Shown in pieces: positions 1 to 13,599 of a stretch of 64,000 bases of DNA. The stretch is from Saccostrea cucullata (taxonomy: Eukaryota): contig NW_026921725.1 of NCBI RefSeq assembly GCF_032062105.1, positions 1 through 64,000 on the forward strand, written 5' to 3'. Under the pieces are notes generated by a model that searched no databases, was not told where the DNA came from, and was given only the letters and a program-made list of their open reading frames with translations. Every line of letters starts with the position of its first letter. Position 1 is the first letter of the stretch. The position numbers and the translations under genes were made by a program.

Positions 1-429
1 GATCTAGATCTGGAGTATCTAAAGATGGAACAACAGAAGGATGTGTCAGTACAACAAACTTAATTTCCTCTGAATTACTTGCTATATACTCGTATATATA
101 GACATATAAACCACTTGTATGTCGTGATTTGAAAGTATACCAATTGTCACGCAAAAATATCATTTTGCTATGTGTTGAGTAAATATTAATCGATTTAAAG
201 CTGCATAGCAATATATATTACAAATTAAATTTGTGTATTTCACCCTCTTGCATGCAGCACAAGATTTTCTTCAAGAATTTTTCATCAGTACATTAATTGT
301 TGACTACAGATTAAACAAGCATCCTGCGAGTATTTACAATGTATACTATAATTTCCTAACGGAATGAAAACAAGAGGCCCAAGGGCCTTAACGGTTACCT
401 GTGTATAATACAAAAACTTAGAATATTCA

Positions 430-800
430 ATGAAGGATATGGAGATAACAATCAGTATTCGATATCAAAGTCCATAAAACAATACAAAATAGGAGCAAAG
501 GAAACACAGACCTCCAAAACATCAGAGGTGGGATCAGGTGCCATGGACTCCGTATGCAGGTGATGAAGTACATGTATACTGCAGCATAAGTAAGGGAAGT
601 TGACGATAGTGAAGTCAAAGTCATCAAGTTTTTCAGAAAGCTTGGTTGTTAGATTACCATTAACGCCCTTTTCAAACAACATATCCAAATATTAAACAGA
701 TGTGTCAGACTCTGATATCTTTTAACTCAAGGTCACTGGGATATATCGTGCCAACATAAGAATGAAAATTACCATTGTTAATTGACAGCTACGTCGTGTG

Positions 801-871
<71 letters not shown>

Positions 872-1235
872 GAGTTGAAGGCCACAACAAGTGTTTTCTT
901 TTCATGCGCAAGATTTTGCACCAATTCTGCTTCATATGAATAAAAAAAATAGGTATGCTAATAGCGGGGTGCAATTGGAACCCATATAGATTGTTGGAAG
1001 ACCTGTCTCCAAATTCCACATAGATATTATCAATCAGAAACTCAAGCATCTTTTTGTTATCAACTTCAGAGTACTTATGTGTACAATCAGAATGTTTTTT
1101 AACAAAATAATTTTGCAAATGACAAATGACAAGGTATGTAAATTTACGAGTTCCATTTTTATTGAAAAAGTAGGTGTCGATGATCAATATCAAAAAGCCT
1201 GGACTTTTAATTTATCGTCGGGAATGGTAGTGAAT
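430..1235 (-). pseudogene. Penelope-like retroelement RT fragment plus 3' UTR (degenerate)
   Basis: Minus-strand motifs FTTIPDDKLK, FFNKNGTRKFTYLV, KYSEVDNKKMLEFLIDNIYVEFG and LTTKL..K.DDFDFTIVNFPYLC, with frameshifts. The 3' segment (430-548) recurs at ~41842-41990. Confidence 0.8.
802..867. repeat. (TA)n microsatellite
   Basis: About 33 TA units, read directly. Confidence 0.98.
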
Positions 1236-4200
1236 ATCTTTAGTGTGGCAATGACAAGAACAATCAAATGAATTTGAACAACACTCAGATGCATCTCAAA
1301 GACTATTCTCTGTCCCACCAAGTTACTGTAAGCACTTTTCGCATAATATCTCAAAATATATAAATACCTTGGCCTTCAACCCAGTTCCGATCGATAGATC
1401 ATTTTTTTCCAACCTTCCTCCGTTTATCCGAACCCTCGAGGTCAACCAGTGCATGCACACGGCGGCAAATTCAAAGTCTACGGGGATTTAACATGGTAAA
1501 CTCGTCCATTAACGTCTAGAATACGGGGCCGAGAACCAGTTTTCGAAGGGAGTAGTCGTTCTTTGCAAAGTTAATTTCCAAAAAATCGTTAAAAATTAAA
1601 GGAATTAATTTAAATTGCTTTTATTGATAATATAACTTTTACTTTGAATTAAAATAAATTTTAACAGCATTTAACAAATTTAATTATGTACTGCGAGAAA
1701 ATAGTCCGAATCTAACGCACTCGGAGATCCTCGGATGACTCGTACCTCGCACATAACCTCGGACGTCAACGGTGATCTACCATCTTGCCGATTCAGTCAT
1801 GTGATCTTATTTGAATTTCTTTCAAATGTCATACATTTGAGATCGGAGTTATTTTTTGGCACACTCAACAGTTTCTTCTTGCTTTCAAAGCCTATTAACA
1901 TGAGGATGTAAACAAAACCTGTTTACGATAAAGAATTGCACAAATTAAAAAACATTTTCGAAGAACGTTATGCAGAGCGAGATATGAAATGAGTGATAAG
2001 GCAGTTTCCGGCGGAGAAATGTAAGAATCTGTTGCGTATTCCTCCACTAATCACATCCGAGGTTTGAATGGAGCGTAGCGGAGTCAGCCGAGGATTGCCG
2101 ATTGAATCTAACGAAGTACAACTTGTGGATCATGGATGTTGACATGATGATGCAAGCTCGCCAGTGTTTAAAACGTAAGTTGTTTATCTATTCAATGGTA
2201 TTTTTGCAGCTGTTGTTGTTTTACTAGCTTATATACACACAAGAAAAAAGTGTCTACAAATGCTAACAATATATATATTTTTCAAAACGCGTGATATTGC
2301 TGACATTAGATATCGACGATACATCAATTTCAGCCATCTGGTTAGTGCCCATGGTTAACCGTTAGTGCTCTGTAACGGTCTGTATGTAAGCTCATGTGTG
2401 AAAAATGTAAAGGGGTGTTTCTATGATTATAAAAGAACAAGAATATGGTTTAAAAAATTAGGTGAAATAATACCAAAAAGGAAATAACAGCTGGTTAACA
2501 TAGTGACTAAAGTTTTTAAATTTTATTTCTACTTTCATTTTCAATTTATAACATTTCATGCATTTTGCAAATAAATAACATCTTTGAAAAAATGTTTGAT
2601 TGCCCTGTTCCAAGCAACTGGCTAAATTGACTCAAAACTTTATTTTAAATCTCTAGGAAGCAATTAATATTTTTTGTATATTCTGGAGAATAAATTTATT
2701 TATTAAAATTTAATAATAATTAATTTTTCTGAGAATGATTTTTTCATCTACCTACCAACCTAATCCTGAGTTGGGAGAGCTAGGGCAAGACCAATTTATA
2801 GTGGCACAACAGCATCGTTTTTTCTGTAAAGTCCTATACTGCTCAAATGTGAACTTAATTTCTGTTTCCTTAATTCCTAGAAGATTTTCTTTTTAAAAGG
2901 ACACAATAAGATATCTGTAGCATACAGAGAAAGACTTATGAAAATTATGAGTATATAGCTAAGATATGACAATTAAACTGCAAGGAAAAACTGCACGAAA
3001 TAAGTGCCGGAAAAACAAAGGTTGTGTAGGTCTACCGTTTCGTTGTTTTCGTGTTTGTCAAGGTCACGCCACTTTTATTTTTAGCTCAAAATTGTAAACA
3101 ACATTCAACTGGAGCTGAGCATGCAAAGATGAGAAATATGACATATGTTCTAACGTTTTAAAAGATTGCCTATGAAATTTTGGTCTACTTTAACATTCAT
3201 TCCTGGGTACTTGAGACCATGGTAACTATGGAAACTTATTCAACTTTTCTGCACATGCGTACAATGGGGTAGAAGAAGTATTGAGCAATATTTTCCGTCT
3301 GGGGCATACAAAAATTATTTCTACTTTTAATTTATTTTTCTCCTTAAAAATAGAATTCTTAGGTTCTGAAACCCATAATTCTCTGAAACCTAATACTTTT
3401 AGGAATTGAACAAAATTAATAAAGGTCATGCAAAAATTCTACATTTGTCAATTTTCCCCTTTGTGCGTCACAATGCCGCTTTAAGTATTTGTTTTTAAAA
3501 ACCGTAGGCCATAATAAAAATATTTATGTTTGATGTACTCTGACACACATTTTTCAAGGTGGGTAGGTAGGTATCTTTTTTGGCTTAATAGCTGTATTGA
3601 TCAAATTGATATTAAAGTGTCATTAAAAAATTCCAGACTCAGAAATTTATTAATTTTTTCAATACACACAACTGGATAACTCGACAGATGAAATATTTAT
3701 CGTTAAAAAATTTTGAATCTTAAAGCATCCAAGAGAAATCTTATACCACAGTTTTAAAATGAGTGGTCTCTATTTCTAATAAATGAAACAAAATTTTAAA
3801 AAAAAATCAAAAATTCAAAGTGCTGAAAAAATGATTGGGTTGGGACAATATTATGATGGGTCGATCAGTCTGAGTACATCAAGTAATTTTTTTTATATTG
3901 TTGTCCTTATTTACTAGTACTGTATTTGTATAGCTTGGTTGACTTGACCTTTCAGCTTTGACCTACTTTACAAAGAATACCCCAGACAATTTAGATTAAC
4001 TTAAGACTTTTAAGTGGCAGGTGTTGATAATTTACATTTATACGGGTACATTTTATGAGCTCATTATACATGTACTTTTCTTTGAAACAGTATGATATTC
4101 AGTAAACCACACAAACTGACATCTTAAATACACAGGCCTTTGGATCGCTAAAAAAAATTATGTGCGTAAAAGAAATATTTCTCTTAACACCTCAATTTTT

Positions 4201-5504
4201 TTCTAAGTGATCTTAAGGCCTGTGCTTAAATATTATGAAAATAAATCAGGATTGGATCCCACAAAGTGGATCATGCAATGTGACAATTGCTTTGAAACGC
4301 ATATTATCACATGTAAAATAATAAATAATTACTTATGATTTCAACTTAATTATTCAGTTGAGGGTTGCATACTGTAAATGCTAGTAGCATAAAAATAGCT
4401 GACCACTCTTAGATTTAATAGGTACATCTTTAAAGAAGCTAAAAGAAAGTGACACATATGTTCCTTGGTACACTCTAGTTTATGATGAAATTGATGTACT
4501 GTTATACACTTTTATGACACTTTCTTTTCTTTCAGCAATATTTAGCTTAATTTAGCCACTGCAGTATAAAGAAAGAAGCAGACCAGAAACGTTTGGCTAA
4601 AGCAAAGATGATATGCATATCAAAAGGAGTAAGTTTACTAGTATAATATTCAAAATCTTCCAAATACTAGTATCCTGTCTCTTTTAAATACATGTCTTGG
4701 GAATGAATTTTTGAAGCTCTGAGCACCTGATGTCTATACATGTTACAATTTTCCCTCTAATCTTTCAATTGTATATTTTCCCCTCAGCATCTTTAATCTT
4801 CTTCTCAAGAACCACTGGGCCAGAAAAGCTGTGAAACCTCCAGAAGCATCCTGGGGTAGTGTAGATTCTACATTTTTCAAATTATGACCTCTGGGGTAGG
4901 GTGGGGCCACAATAGGGAACCAAAGTTTTACTTTGAAATATAACAGTAAAATCTATTAAAAAAATCTTCTTGGGAATTACATGGCAAGCAAAGCTGAAAC
5001 TTAGGCCAAATAAAAAAAAGGTGAGGTTCTGGTTACACCATCAAAAAAATTAGGTTAGGTAGGTAGGGGATTTTTTTTTTTACAAAGATACTTTAAATGT
5101 GTCTTCATAATATACCTATCACTGCTTTGCAGTTAGCATTAAGATGGGGCATGATAATATACTAGTCAACATAGCTGGGTGCCAATAGTTATGAAAATCA
5201 ACCCCCCCCCCCCCCGGTCATTATTCTGTAGGGGTCATTATTCGTCATTTTTAGCCGGGCTTATTGCTCAAAGAGCAATAGCCGGCTTATGGGATCCTGT
5301 TCAAGGCAGGATGTTGACCCAATAGTCGCCAAATTAAACTGACGTTCTGAAATATAGTGTATCTACTTGTAATCGCTGTTGAAACAATTTATACTCATAA
5401 TCTGATTAATTAAATGTGAATATAAACTGTACTGTAATTATTATTGTGCAGTTACCAAAAATACATTTGTTCTTAGTAGAGAACTTTGAACAAATTCCTA
5501 CGCA

Positions 5505-5584
5505 TAGCCTGGTTCCCTGTCCCTGTTTTGCTTCGTTTACTCTGCGTCACTGCCTCGGCAAGGATGAGACAGGGTACCAGGCTA
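5505..5584. mobile_element. 80-bp hairpin MITE with TAG..CTA ends (Academ-like termini)
   Basis: Inverted ends tagcctggttccctgtc ... gacagggtaccaggcta; no clear TSD. Confidence 0.55.
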
Positions 5585-5629
5585 AATTTTCCACTCATTC
5601 GGCAAACCGAATCAGCCGAGGAGTCCCGA

Positions 5630-8600
5630 ATGATGCAGATGGTTCATGGAAGGAACTGCGATTGCGGTAAGGCGTTCTCCATTCTATATTGGTCAAATTA
5701 TACAGCTGGTACAACGAAACTTATGCCGAAATCGGAGACTGCCGTACAATCTGACCACGTTTTAAAGTTTGTGTATGACAAAGATGCGCAGTTCATAAGG
5801 GGAATTGTCCAAGCCTCCATGCGAGACCGGAGCTACCAGGTTACTGTAAGTTCATCCCATTTCTTTGAGATTTTTGGAAGAAAGAAAAGTTTTTTTTAAA
5901 GTCTTTTGTGTAAATCACGAAATAATGCATAATGTACAACACGTTTGGAAGTATATATGTTTTATCCTGCCTATGCAATAAATCCAGAACAAACCTCTTT
6001 CCGAATTTCCTTGACTGAAAGCGTCTATGCAATGTTTTAATACATAATAATAAATTAATATACAATTCTTTTTTTTTTCTCTCTCCACAATTTTCAAGTT
6101 TCCATGTAAACATGCTTTTTACTTTTAAAATTGATAGTAATATAAGTAAAATTCTAGGTGGTTATTTTTTTTTTTTAATTCTATTAGATTACTCTTGGTT
6201 CTAACTACACAGTTGAACAGAGTACCTGTGAATGTGTAAATGGGATGGACAAATGTCACCATAAAGCCAGCATTCTTCTCTATGGGTAATTTATGTGCAA
6301 TTTATGTAATATGTAAATTCACTTGGTCTGGTATGCTTTACCAAATTTAATGTTAAATAGAAATTATATCAAAACGTGCACACCAATATATATACCCGGT
6401 ATATACAAGTGTGCAGTGCACCATGTGACTGTAGGTAGCAGGGTACTATTCGTGCCCTGGAACCTCCAAGTTCACTACCTTGGCATATATAAGCATACTT
6501 GTAACTATAAAATCTAACTTTAGGCCCCAAGACTATAATATAACTTAATAAATTTATGGAACATGTTGATACAGGTACAAAAATGTCAGCAAAACTGATG
6601 TACGCCAGAGTTGGATTAAGCATCCAAAGAGTGCGCCACCTCGTCAAACTAAGACGATGGAAGAACTTTTTCCTGCACCTGACAGGTTTATAAATTACAG
6701 GTATGCATTTATTATGACTGTTTCATGAATGGTGCAAAATATTAAAAAATGACAGTACCCCAAAAGTGAAAATATAAAAAATAGAGAAATAGCACATTTT
6801 TTATGGGCAATATACACTTTTTTCAATGGATGGAAATGTATCTCTCTGGTCGTCCATCCTAATTTTTTCAGACCAGCAAGCTACAGATCTGCAGCTAGCA
6901 TGGTATATGTAAAACCATTCAGTGTTGTATTATGCTCCATTTTTCAACTTTTGTCAAAAATTACTAGGGCAACAAATAGGCCAGTCAATGATAGGGACAG
7001 GGAGTTCCTATATCAGAAATTGACAACTGTAGGGAGATTTTCAGGTTAATATATCTGGTGTTTTATTTTAGTGTCACATTGTTTACGAGTTTATTTTATT
7101 GTTACTTTTTTGAAAATTTATACTGTGATAGGATAGAATGCATATACACACATGTATATATATATATATAAATTCACAAAACACCTAACTAACTCATTAC
7201 ACCCGGTCTTTGGACTTCAGATATTTAATGGCTTATTTGACATTGGACTGAAATTCTGACAAGATGTGCAGTCTTTCCATTCTTTTTGCTTTTTTTTGTC
7301 TTTTACATGTATAGTTTTGTTCTTGTCTCTTTTGTTTTTGTGTTGACTTTGTTTTAAACTTTTAATTATACATTTATACTATCAATTTCAATTCAGTGTG
7401 AAGTTTTGCATCACGTCACAATCTTTTTTGACAGATACATTCAGCGTAAACAATTCATGTGATGGATTAACTCATATTATCAACCTTGACACAGAAATAG
7501 TTTGTTGTACAAGCAAACAATCAGGGATTAGAAGAAAGTTCCAGTCGTAAAGCTTGCGGTTAGGAGGCGTATACTATTTACCTTGAACGCATCTGTCAAA
7601 CTAGAAGATCGTGACGTAACATAAAACTTCAACTCAACTGCAACCTTTAGTAAAATGTTTAAATATTATTCACCCTATTTCTCATATACTTAAAGGAAGT
7701 TATTTGCACATTCTTTTCACATGTATACATATTGAAATCCAAAATTTATTTGAAGTAGTGAATAAAATAAGTTTGAAAAAATATTTAACATATATACCAG
7801 TATTAAGAATTGGTGATGTAACTGCAATACAGGTTTATTGAGTATTTGTTGTCTTTTTCACCGAGGGTTTAATTTTTTTTTAAAATTAAATCAACAGCAA
7901 TGCATTGGATACTATCCCCCGAGCTGCCTGTGCCCCCACTTGCAGTGCATGTAGTTGAAGACCTCATCTCTAGCCAGGAATTTATTTCTGCAGAGAATCC
8001 AATCGCTTGGATGAAGCAAAAATTAATGATAAATGAGCAAGAAATCCAACAGGTAAAGACAAATGAGTTGCATAATGAATAGAATGTATTCTGTTTTATT
8101 ATGAATGTTGTTTAAGTTTTAAAATTTTTGTCATGTTTTAGATTGCCTGTCTTACCACTGGTCAAAAGGAAAATTGCATGTGGTCATCTGTTAGGAAGAA
8201 TAGATTAACAGCTTCAAACTTTGGTTGTGTTTTGGCAGCGATCAAGAGAAATAGGTATACTGGTAGTTTACATGCCTTTATATGTATATGTAATTATAAA
8301 TGATACCTGTAAAAGCAGTTAATTATAAAATCAAAAATATTGAAAGTTTGCTCCTTATATAACAGATATCCTGTCTCCTTACACAAAAGATTATGCTCAG
8401 CTTATGATCTGTCAAAGAAGGATGCCATTATTTGGGGGATGTGCAATGAAAAAGTCGCAATTGAAAAGTATAGAACTTTTGGGGATGCAGTTGTAGAGCC
8501 AACAGGTTGGCATATTTCTTTCCTAAGCAAATTTCAATTTCTTTAAAGCAAATAAAAATTGATGATAAATAAAAAATTTTCTTGAGCTAATTTATTTAAA

Positions 8601-9499
8601 ATTCAGTTATTAAACTGAAGTTGAAGATAATGAATATAAATATACTGTTTTTATGTTCTATTTATAACAAGTCATCAATGCATAAGAAAATCAGAGTGTT
8701 GCATATTAATGCTATTTTGTAACTTTATAATACTGTTCATATTAGGTATCTGGCTACACTGTAATGGGGTTCTTGGGTCAAGCCCCGATGGACTCATTCG
8801 TCGTCCTGCTGCATTTGGATTCAGCTATCAGAATCCAGGACTCGCTGACATATTAGAGATGTCAAACGTTAAGCCAGAAATACTGGAGGTGAAATGCCCC
8901 TTTTCAGCAAAGAATATGACAATTCCAGAAGATATTGAAAAAGTACATGATTTCTGCCTAGGTAATAATAGTGTATATGTATTTGTTTGAATATGTTTTA
9001 TGTACTGAGATATTACTTTAAATAATTCCAATATATTAGTTTGGATAAATTTAAGTACAATTTAGCAATTGTTAAAATTTTTTTTTCCTTCTGTTGTAAT
9101 GTTAGTCCTCAAGGCAGATGATTTGCCTTCTCACTTTATTGTACAGTAAGGAACAAAATACTTACACATGTAAATATTTATTAGTTAAATAGTTTTGTCT
9201 TATATTAATGATTGAGGCACCAATGAAAATTCTTATTCTTTAAAAATCTTCAACATATATATTTTTTTCATATAGAGGTTCAGGATTTTAATGGAGTCAA
9301 GTCCTTCAAGCTACGAGAGAACCACCAATACTATGATCAAGTGCAAGGACAGCTTCATATAACTGGGAAATCCTTGTGTGATTTTATGGTCTGGACACCA
9401 AAAGACTGTGCGATTGTGAGAATTAACAAAGACATCAATTGGGAGATCAACATATCTGTTTTGACAGACTTTTATTTCTGTAAATTTCTCCTGTATTAA
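5630..9499 (+). CDS. SWIM zinc finger + YqaJ/lambda-exonuclease-like protein (~454 aa, 9 exons), ISL2EU-type accessory gene
   Basis: Exons 5630-5845, 6188-6285, 6575-6700, 6968-7044, 7898-8052, 8142-8254, 8366-8505, 8746-8961, 9276-9499; all GT-AG, in phase, 1365 nt with no internal stop. Motifs: SWIM CECVNGMDKCHH; YqaJ RLTASNFG, WG..NE..A, LGSSPDGL, LEVKCP, YYDQVQGQL, CDFMVWT. Start codon uncertain. Confidence 0.88.
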
Positions 9500-10254
9500 C
9501 AACAGCTATAAGATATAACATTAAACATGGTGAAAACATTTTAATTTTAATATCTTAGTTATCTACACTTGCAAAATTCTGAGCAATTTCCTGCATAAGG
9601 GGATCCTGAAAATTGACTAAAACACAGCATAAGACTTTTGTAGAAATATTATCTAAATTGCTGCGGAACATGCCTTAAAATTTCATAATTCTTAATACGC
9701 TCATTTGCTCTTTCAACATGTATGCGTGACTTAGCAATTCTTCGACATAGTTGGACCTCACTGGGGGTGTATTGGGATTTAGATGTAAGAAAGGGAGGAA
9801 TATTTAGATGTACTCCTTGGGGCAACAACTTGTGAATAGTGAACCCTTTGTCTGCTAAGATCATATCACCTGGAGATAACTGTTCTAAGACTTGACAATG
9901 TTCTGCAATTGCAACATCAGATGTGCTGCCAGGGTACAATTTACTAATAAATACCAAAGCACCATTAGGTGCAACACCTGTAACACTTTTAACAGTGTGA
10001 GAATTTTTGTATCCGCTGTATGTGCTTGCCTGCAATCTCATATCATTCCCTGGAACATCCTGGGTGATTTCTGTTGCATTAACTATTCTACATGAACTAA
10101 AATCCCCAAAACTTGTAGGCATAGACCCCTTGCACTTCTGGAGAGCAGGAATGCGACTCTCTACGAGTCCTTCATATAATATTTCATGCAAAGCACAAAT
10201 CTGCGAAGTTACAATGTTATTGACAGATGACGGACTCGTGTTAAACCTCTCAGC

Positions 10255-12501
10255 CATAGGCACTTGGGGTATGGACCCCCCTTTCCATTTTTTTTTCTTT
10301 CTAAATTTGGGTTCGAGTCACCTTTTTTCTATTTTTCTGTTCTAATATGCACTATATGTTATCAAAAATGTAACTCTTTTGTCTCTACAAGCTGTTTTTA
10401 GCTCTACTGGTCAGAGACCAGAAGAGCTTATGCGATAGTAATGCGTCCGGCGTCCGTCCGTCTGTCTGTCTGTCCGTCTGTCTGTAAACAATTTTTCAAA
10501 ACGCTACTCCTCCTACAATTTTAGTTTGATTTCAATATTACTTGGCACACAAGTAGACTAAACTAAGATACATAAAATAGTGCATCGGTTTTTGATTTAG
10601 ATGCACAGTGTTGCCGCTATTACTAATAATAGAATTTTCTGTGAAATTCCTTTAAAATTCTATTCCTTCAACAGTTTTGGTCTGATTTCAATATAACTTT
10701 GCACACAGTAGACTACACTAGGATATTTAGAATAATGCATCGGTTTTTAATTTTAATGAATGGTGTTGCCATTGTTACCAAAAATAGAATTTTCTGTGAA
10801 ATTCCTTAAAAACGCTACTCCTTCTACAGTTTTGGTCTGATTTCAATATAACTTGGCACACAAGTAGACTACACTAAGATACATAGAATAGTGCATCGGT
10901 TTTTAATTTCGATGAAGGGTGTTGCCATGGTTACTAAAAATAGAATTTTCTGTGAAATTCCTTTAAAACGCTACTCCTACAGTTTTGGTCTGATTTCAAT
11001 ATGACTTTGCAGACAAGTAGACTACACAAAGATACATAGAATAGTGCATCGGTTTTTAATTTCAATGAACGGTGTTGCCATGGTTACTTAAAATAGAATT
11101 TTCTGTGAAATTTCTTCAAAACGCTACTCCTCCTACAGTTTTGGTCTGATTTCAATATGACTTGGCACACAAGTAGACTACACTAAGATACATAGAATAG
11201 TGCATCAGTTTTTGATTTCGGTGAACGGTGTTGCCACGGTTACTAAAAATAGAATTCTCTGTGAAATTCATTTAAAACACTACTCCTTCTACAGTTTTGG
11301 TCTGATTTCAATATGACTTGGCACACAAGTAGACTACACTAAGATACATAGAATAGTGCATCAGTTTTTGATTTCGATGAAGGGTGTTGCCATGGTTACT
11401 AAAAATAGAATTTTCTGTGAAATTCCTTTAATACGCTACTCCTTCTAAAGTTTTGGTCTGATTTCAATATAACTTGGCACACAGGTAGACTACACTAGGA
11501 TACATAGAATAGTGCATCGGTTTTTGATTTTGATGAAGGGTGTTGCCATGGTTCCTAAAAATAGAATTTTCTGTGAAATTCCTTTAAAACGCTACTCCTT
11601 CTACAGTTTTAGTTTGATTTCAAAATAAGTTGGCACACAAGTAAATTACACAAAGATACATAAAATAGTGCAATGGTTTTTGATAAGTACAAACCAGTAG
11701 AGCTACAGTCTCGACAGAGACTTCTGGTTAAATATGTCGTTTTTGACTGATACATATAAAGAGAGAAGGCTTGCAACTCTTTTTTCGTCATCCGCCTCAC
11801 CTAGCTTAAACTTCGCTCGATTATTTATCTAAACCTGAATAAAACATGGGATATGCCTACATTAATAAATTTGTTATACATTCCTCTTCCTTTTCATATT
11901 TCCATTTAATTTTTATGTGCCCCCTATTTGTAAATATTTCGATGAAATCACTCGCATCTAGGGTAAAATTTTTTGATGTGCACTGACTTGGACGGAAGTA
12001 TCCGGTATTTTTGGGCGTCATCATTAAGTGTAATGTCATTCGGAACACTAAATTCGGGGAATAAATTCCGAATTTTCTCTTCATATTACATGTAACGGTA
12101 AGTTCGCCATGTAACAAGATAACTGTAACTTGTAGATTCTGATAAATGTCGATTAACTTTTAACATACTACATAAACATCCAAATTTCACAATATTGTTA
12201 TTACAACGCCTGGATTTTTTTTGTGGATGCAGAACAGTTGTAAAGTTAGAGTTATCGTTCTTTTCTACTTCCGTCCCAGTCAGTGCACATCAAAATAAAA
12301 GAGTTGCAAGCCTTCTCTCTTTATATGTATCAGTCGAAAACGACATATTTAAAACCAGCTTGTAGAGACAAAAGAGTTCCATTTTTGAAAAACATATAGT
12401 GCATATTAGAACAGAAAAATAGAAAAAAAGGTGACTCGAACCCAGATTTAAAAAGAAAAAATGGAAAAGTGGGGGGGGGGTCCATACCCCAAGTGCCTAT
12501 G
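10255..12501. mobile_element. Non-autonomous P/hAT-like element, ~200-bp TIRs, 8-bp TSD
   Basis: Ends CATAGGCACTTGGGG / CCCCAAGTGCCTATG; TSD CTCTCAGC at 10247-10254 and 12502-12509; left TIR interrupted by a HINE. Confidence 0.92.
10399..11727 (+). mobile_element. Helentron-type HINE (pearl/DINE-like) family A with ~7.5 x 156-bp core repeats
   Basis: subTIRs agctctactggt/accagtagagct, (GTCY)n microsatellite, 153-156-bp tandem units, 3' palindrome agtctcgacagagact, inserted in a T-run. Confidence 0.9.
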
Positions 12502-13599
12502 CTCTCAGCAAGGTCGAAAAATGGGGTGTTCATTGTCAGTTTCATTAAAGTCATCAACAATTGGTCAGTCAATGAAATGAAAGATAGTGTCCATCCATCA
12601 ATATACTTTATCTGGAACCTCTGCATCATTTCATCAATGGCAAGAAACATGTCAGGATGTAGACTTGTGTACATCAGCATCTATATTACAACATGATCGG
12701 GACAACATACGCTAAAACAAGATCGGGACAACACACGCTATTGCTTGCAATATCAGACTTTCTAGTCATTATGTCGTCCCGAACGAAGTTGGGGACGACA
12801 TATTGCGATTGTATGCATGTTTTTAAATACATCCCTAGTGTATCAGTAATATGATCATTTTTCTGCTAACTGTTGTTGTTGAAACGCAGGTAACAAAATT
12901 CGATGATAATCGGCTAACTGTGACCTCTTAGCTTCGGACGTAGGAAATATTGATCCTTAGTAGTGCCTGACGCCATGACATAAGGCAAGAAAAAAATGCC
13001 CAATAACAATAAAGAACAAGTATATAAAGCTCAAAAATAAAAAGATAAAATCACCCTTATACTTCATCAAAGTTAAACCTATTGTTCTTATATAAAATTT
13101 AATGATGCTTTTTCATGCGCTCCATCTAATAATTCCTTATATCATTCATACTTTAACTGATACCTGTTCTTTTCACCTGTGTGCTGTTCTTAAGCCCGGC
13201 TTTCAGTACTTTCAGTACTTTGATTTTATTTGGCCTTATGCGAAATCACTGTGGGGTAGTGTAGATTTTAAATTGTCCAAATTATGACCCCGGGGGTAGG
13301 GTGGGGTCACAAAAGGTATAACAAGAGGGAAATTTGGTAAAGAACTGCATGGTCAAAGATATTCAGCTAAGGGATGTGGCTCATGGGCCTTTTATAACAT
13401 TTTCGTGCGAAATGCTATTGCAATATAGAAATTGTGATATTTTACAGAAAATTTGAGAAAATATTAACTTCAATACTTTAATACTGCAAAACCTCACCAT
13501 TTAAAAGAATAAACAAACATTGATCAAAAAAATGTAGTAATAATTGAAGCATAGAATATTTAATTTTACTTTATTACTTACTGTAACAATATGATGTTT

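Larger units (their letters stand above)
9555..12690 (-). pseudogene. ISL2EU/PIF-Harbinger-like DDE transposase (HTH_Tnp_4 + DDE_Tnp_4), disrupted
   Basis: DQLLMTLMKL...FDLAE|RFNTS rejoins on removing 10255-12501. Motifs YSGYKNSHTVK, SKLYPGSTSD, ILADKGF, LNIPPF, RIHVERANERIK. First catalytic motif reads RIVNATEI (no Asp); frameshift near 9650; 5' part missing. Confidence 0.88.

Noticed and set aside
430-1235. Selenocysteine-recoding (Naiad-type) PLE
   Set aside because: Too degraded; no conserved in-frame TGA or SECIS could be demonstrated by eye.
5630-9499. YqaJ as prophage/bacterial contamination or recent HGT
   Set aside because: It has eight GT-AG introns and is paired with a eukaryotic ISL2EU-type transposase.
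10497-11690. 156-bp arrays (also 47487-48930) as CRISPR or standalone satellite
   Set aside because: No unique spacers or cas genes; the arrays are bounded by HINE subTIRs and a tail palindrome.
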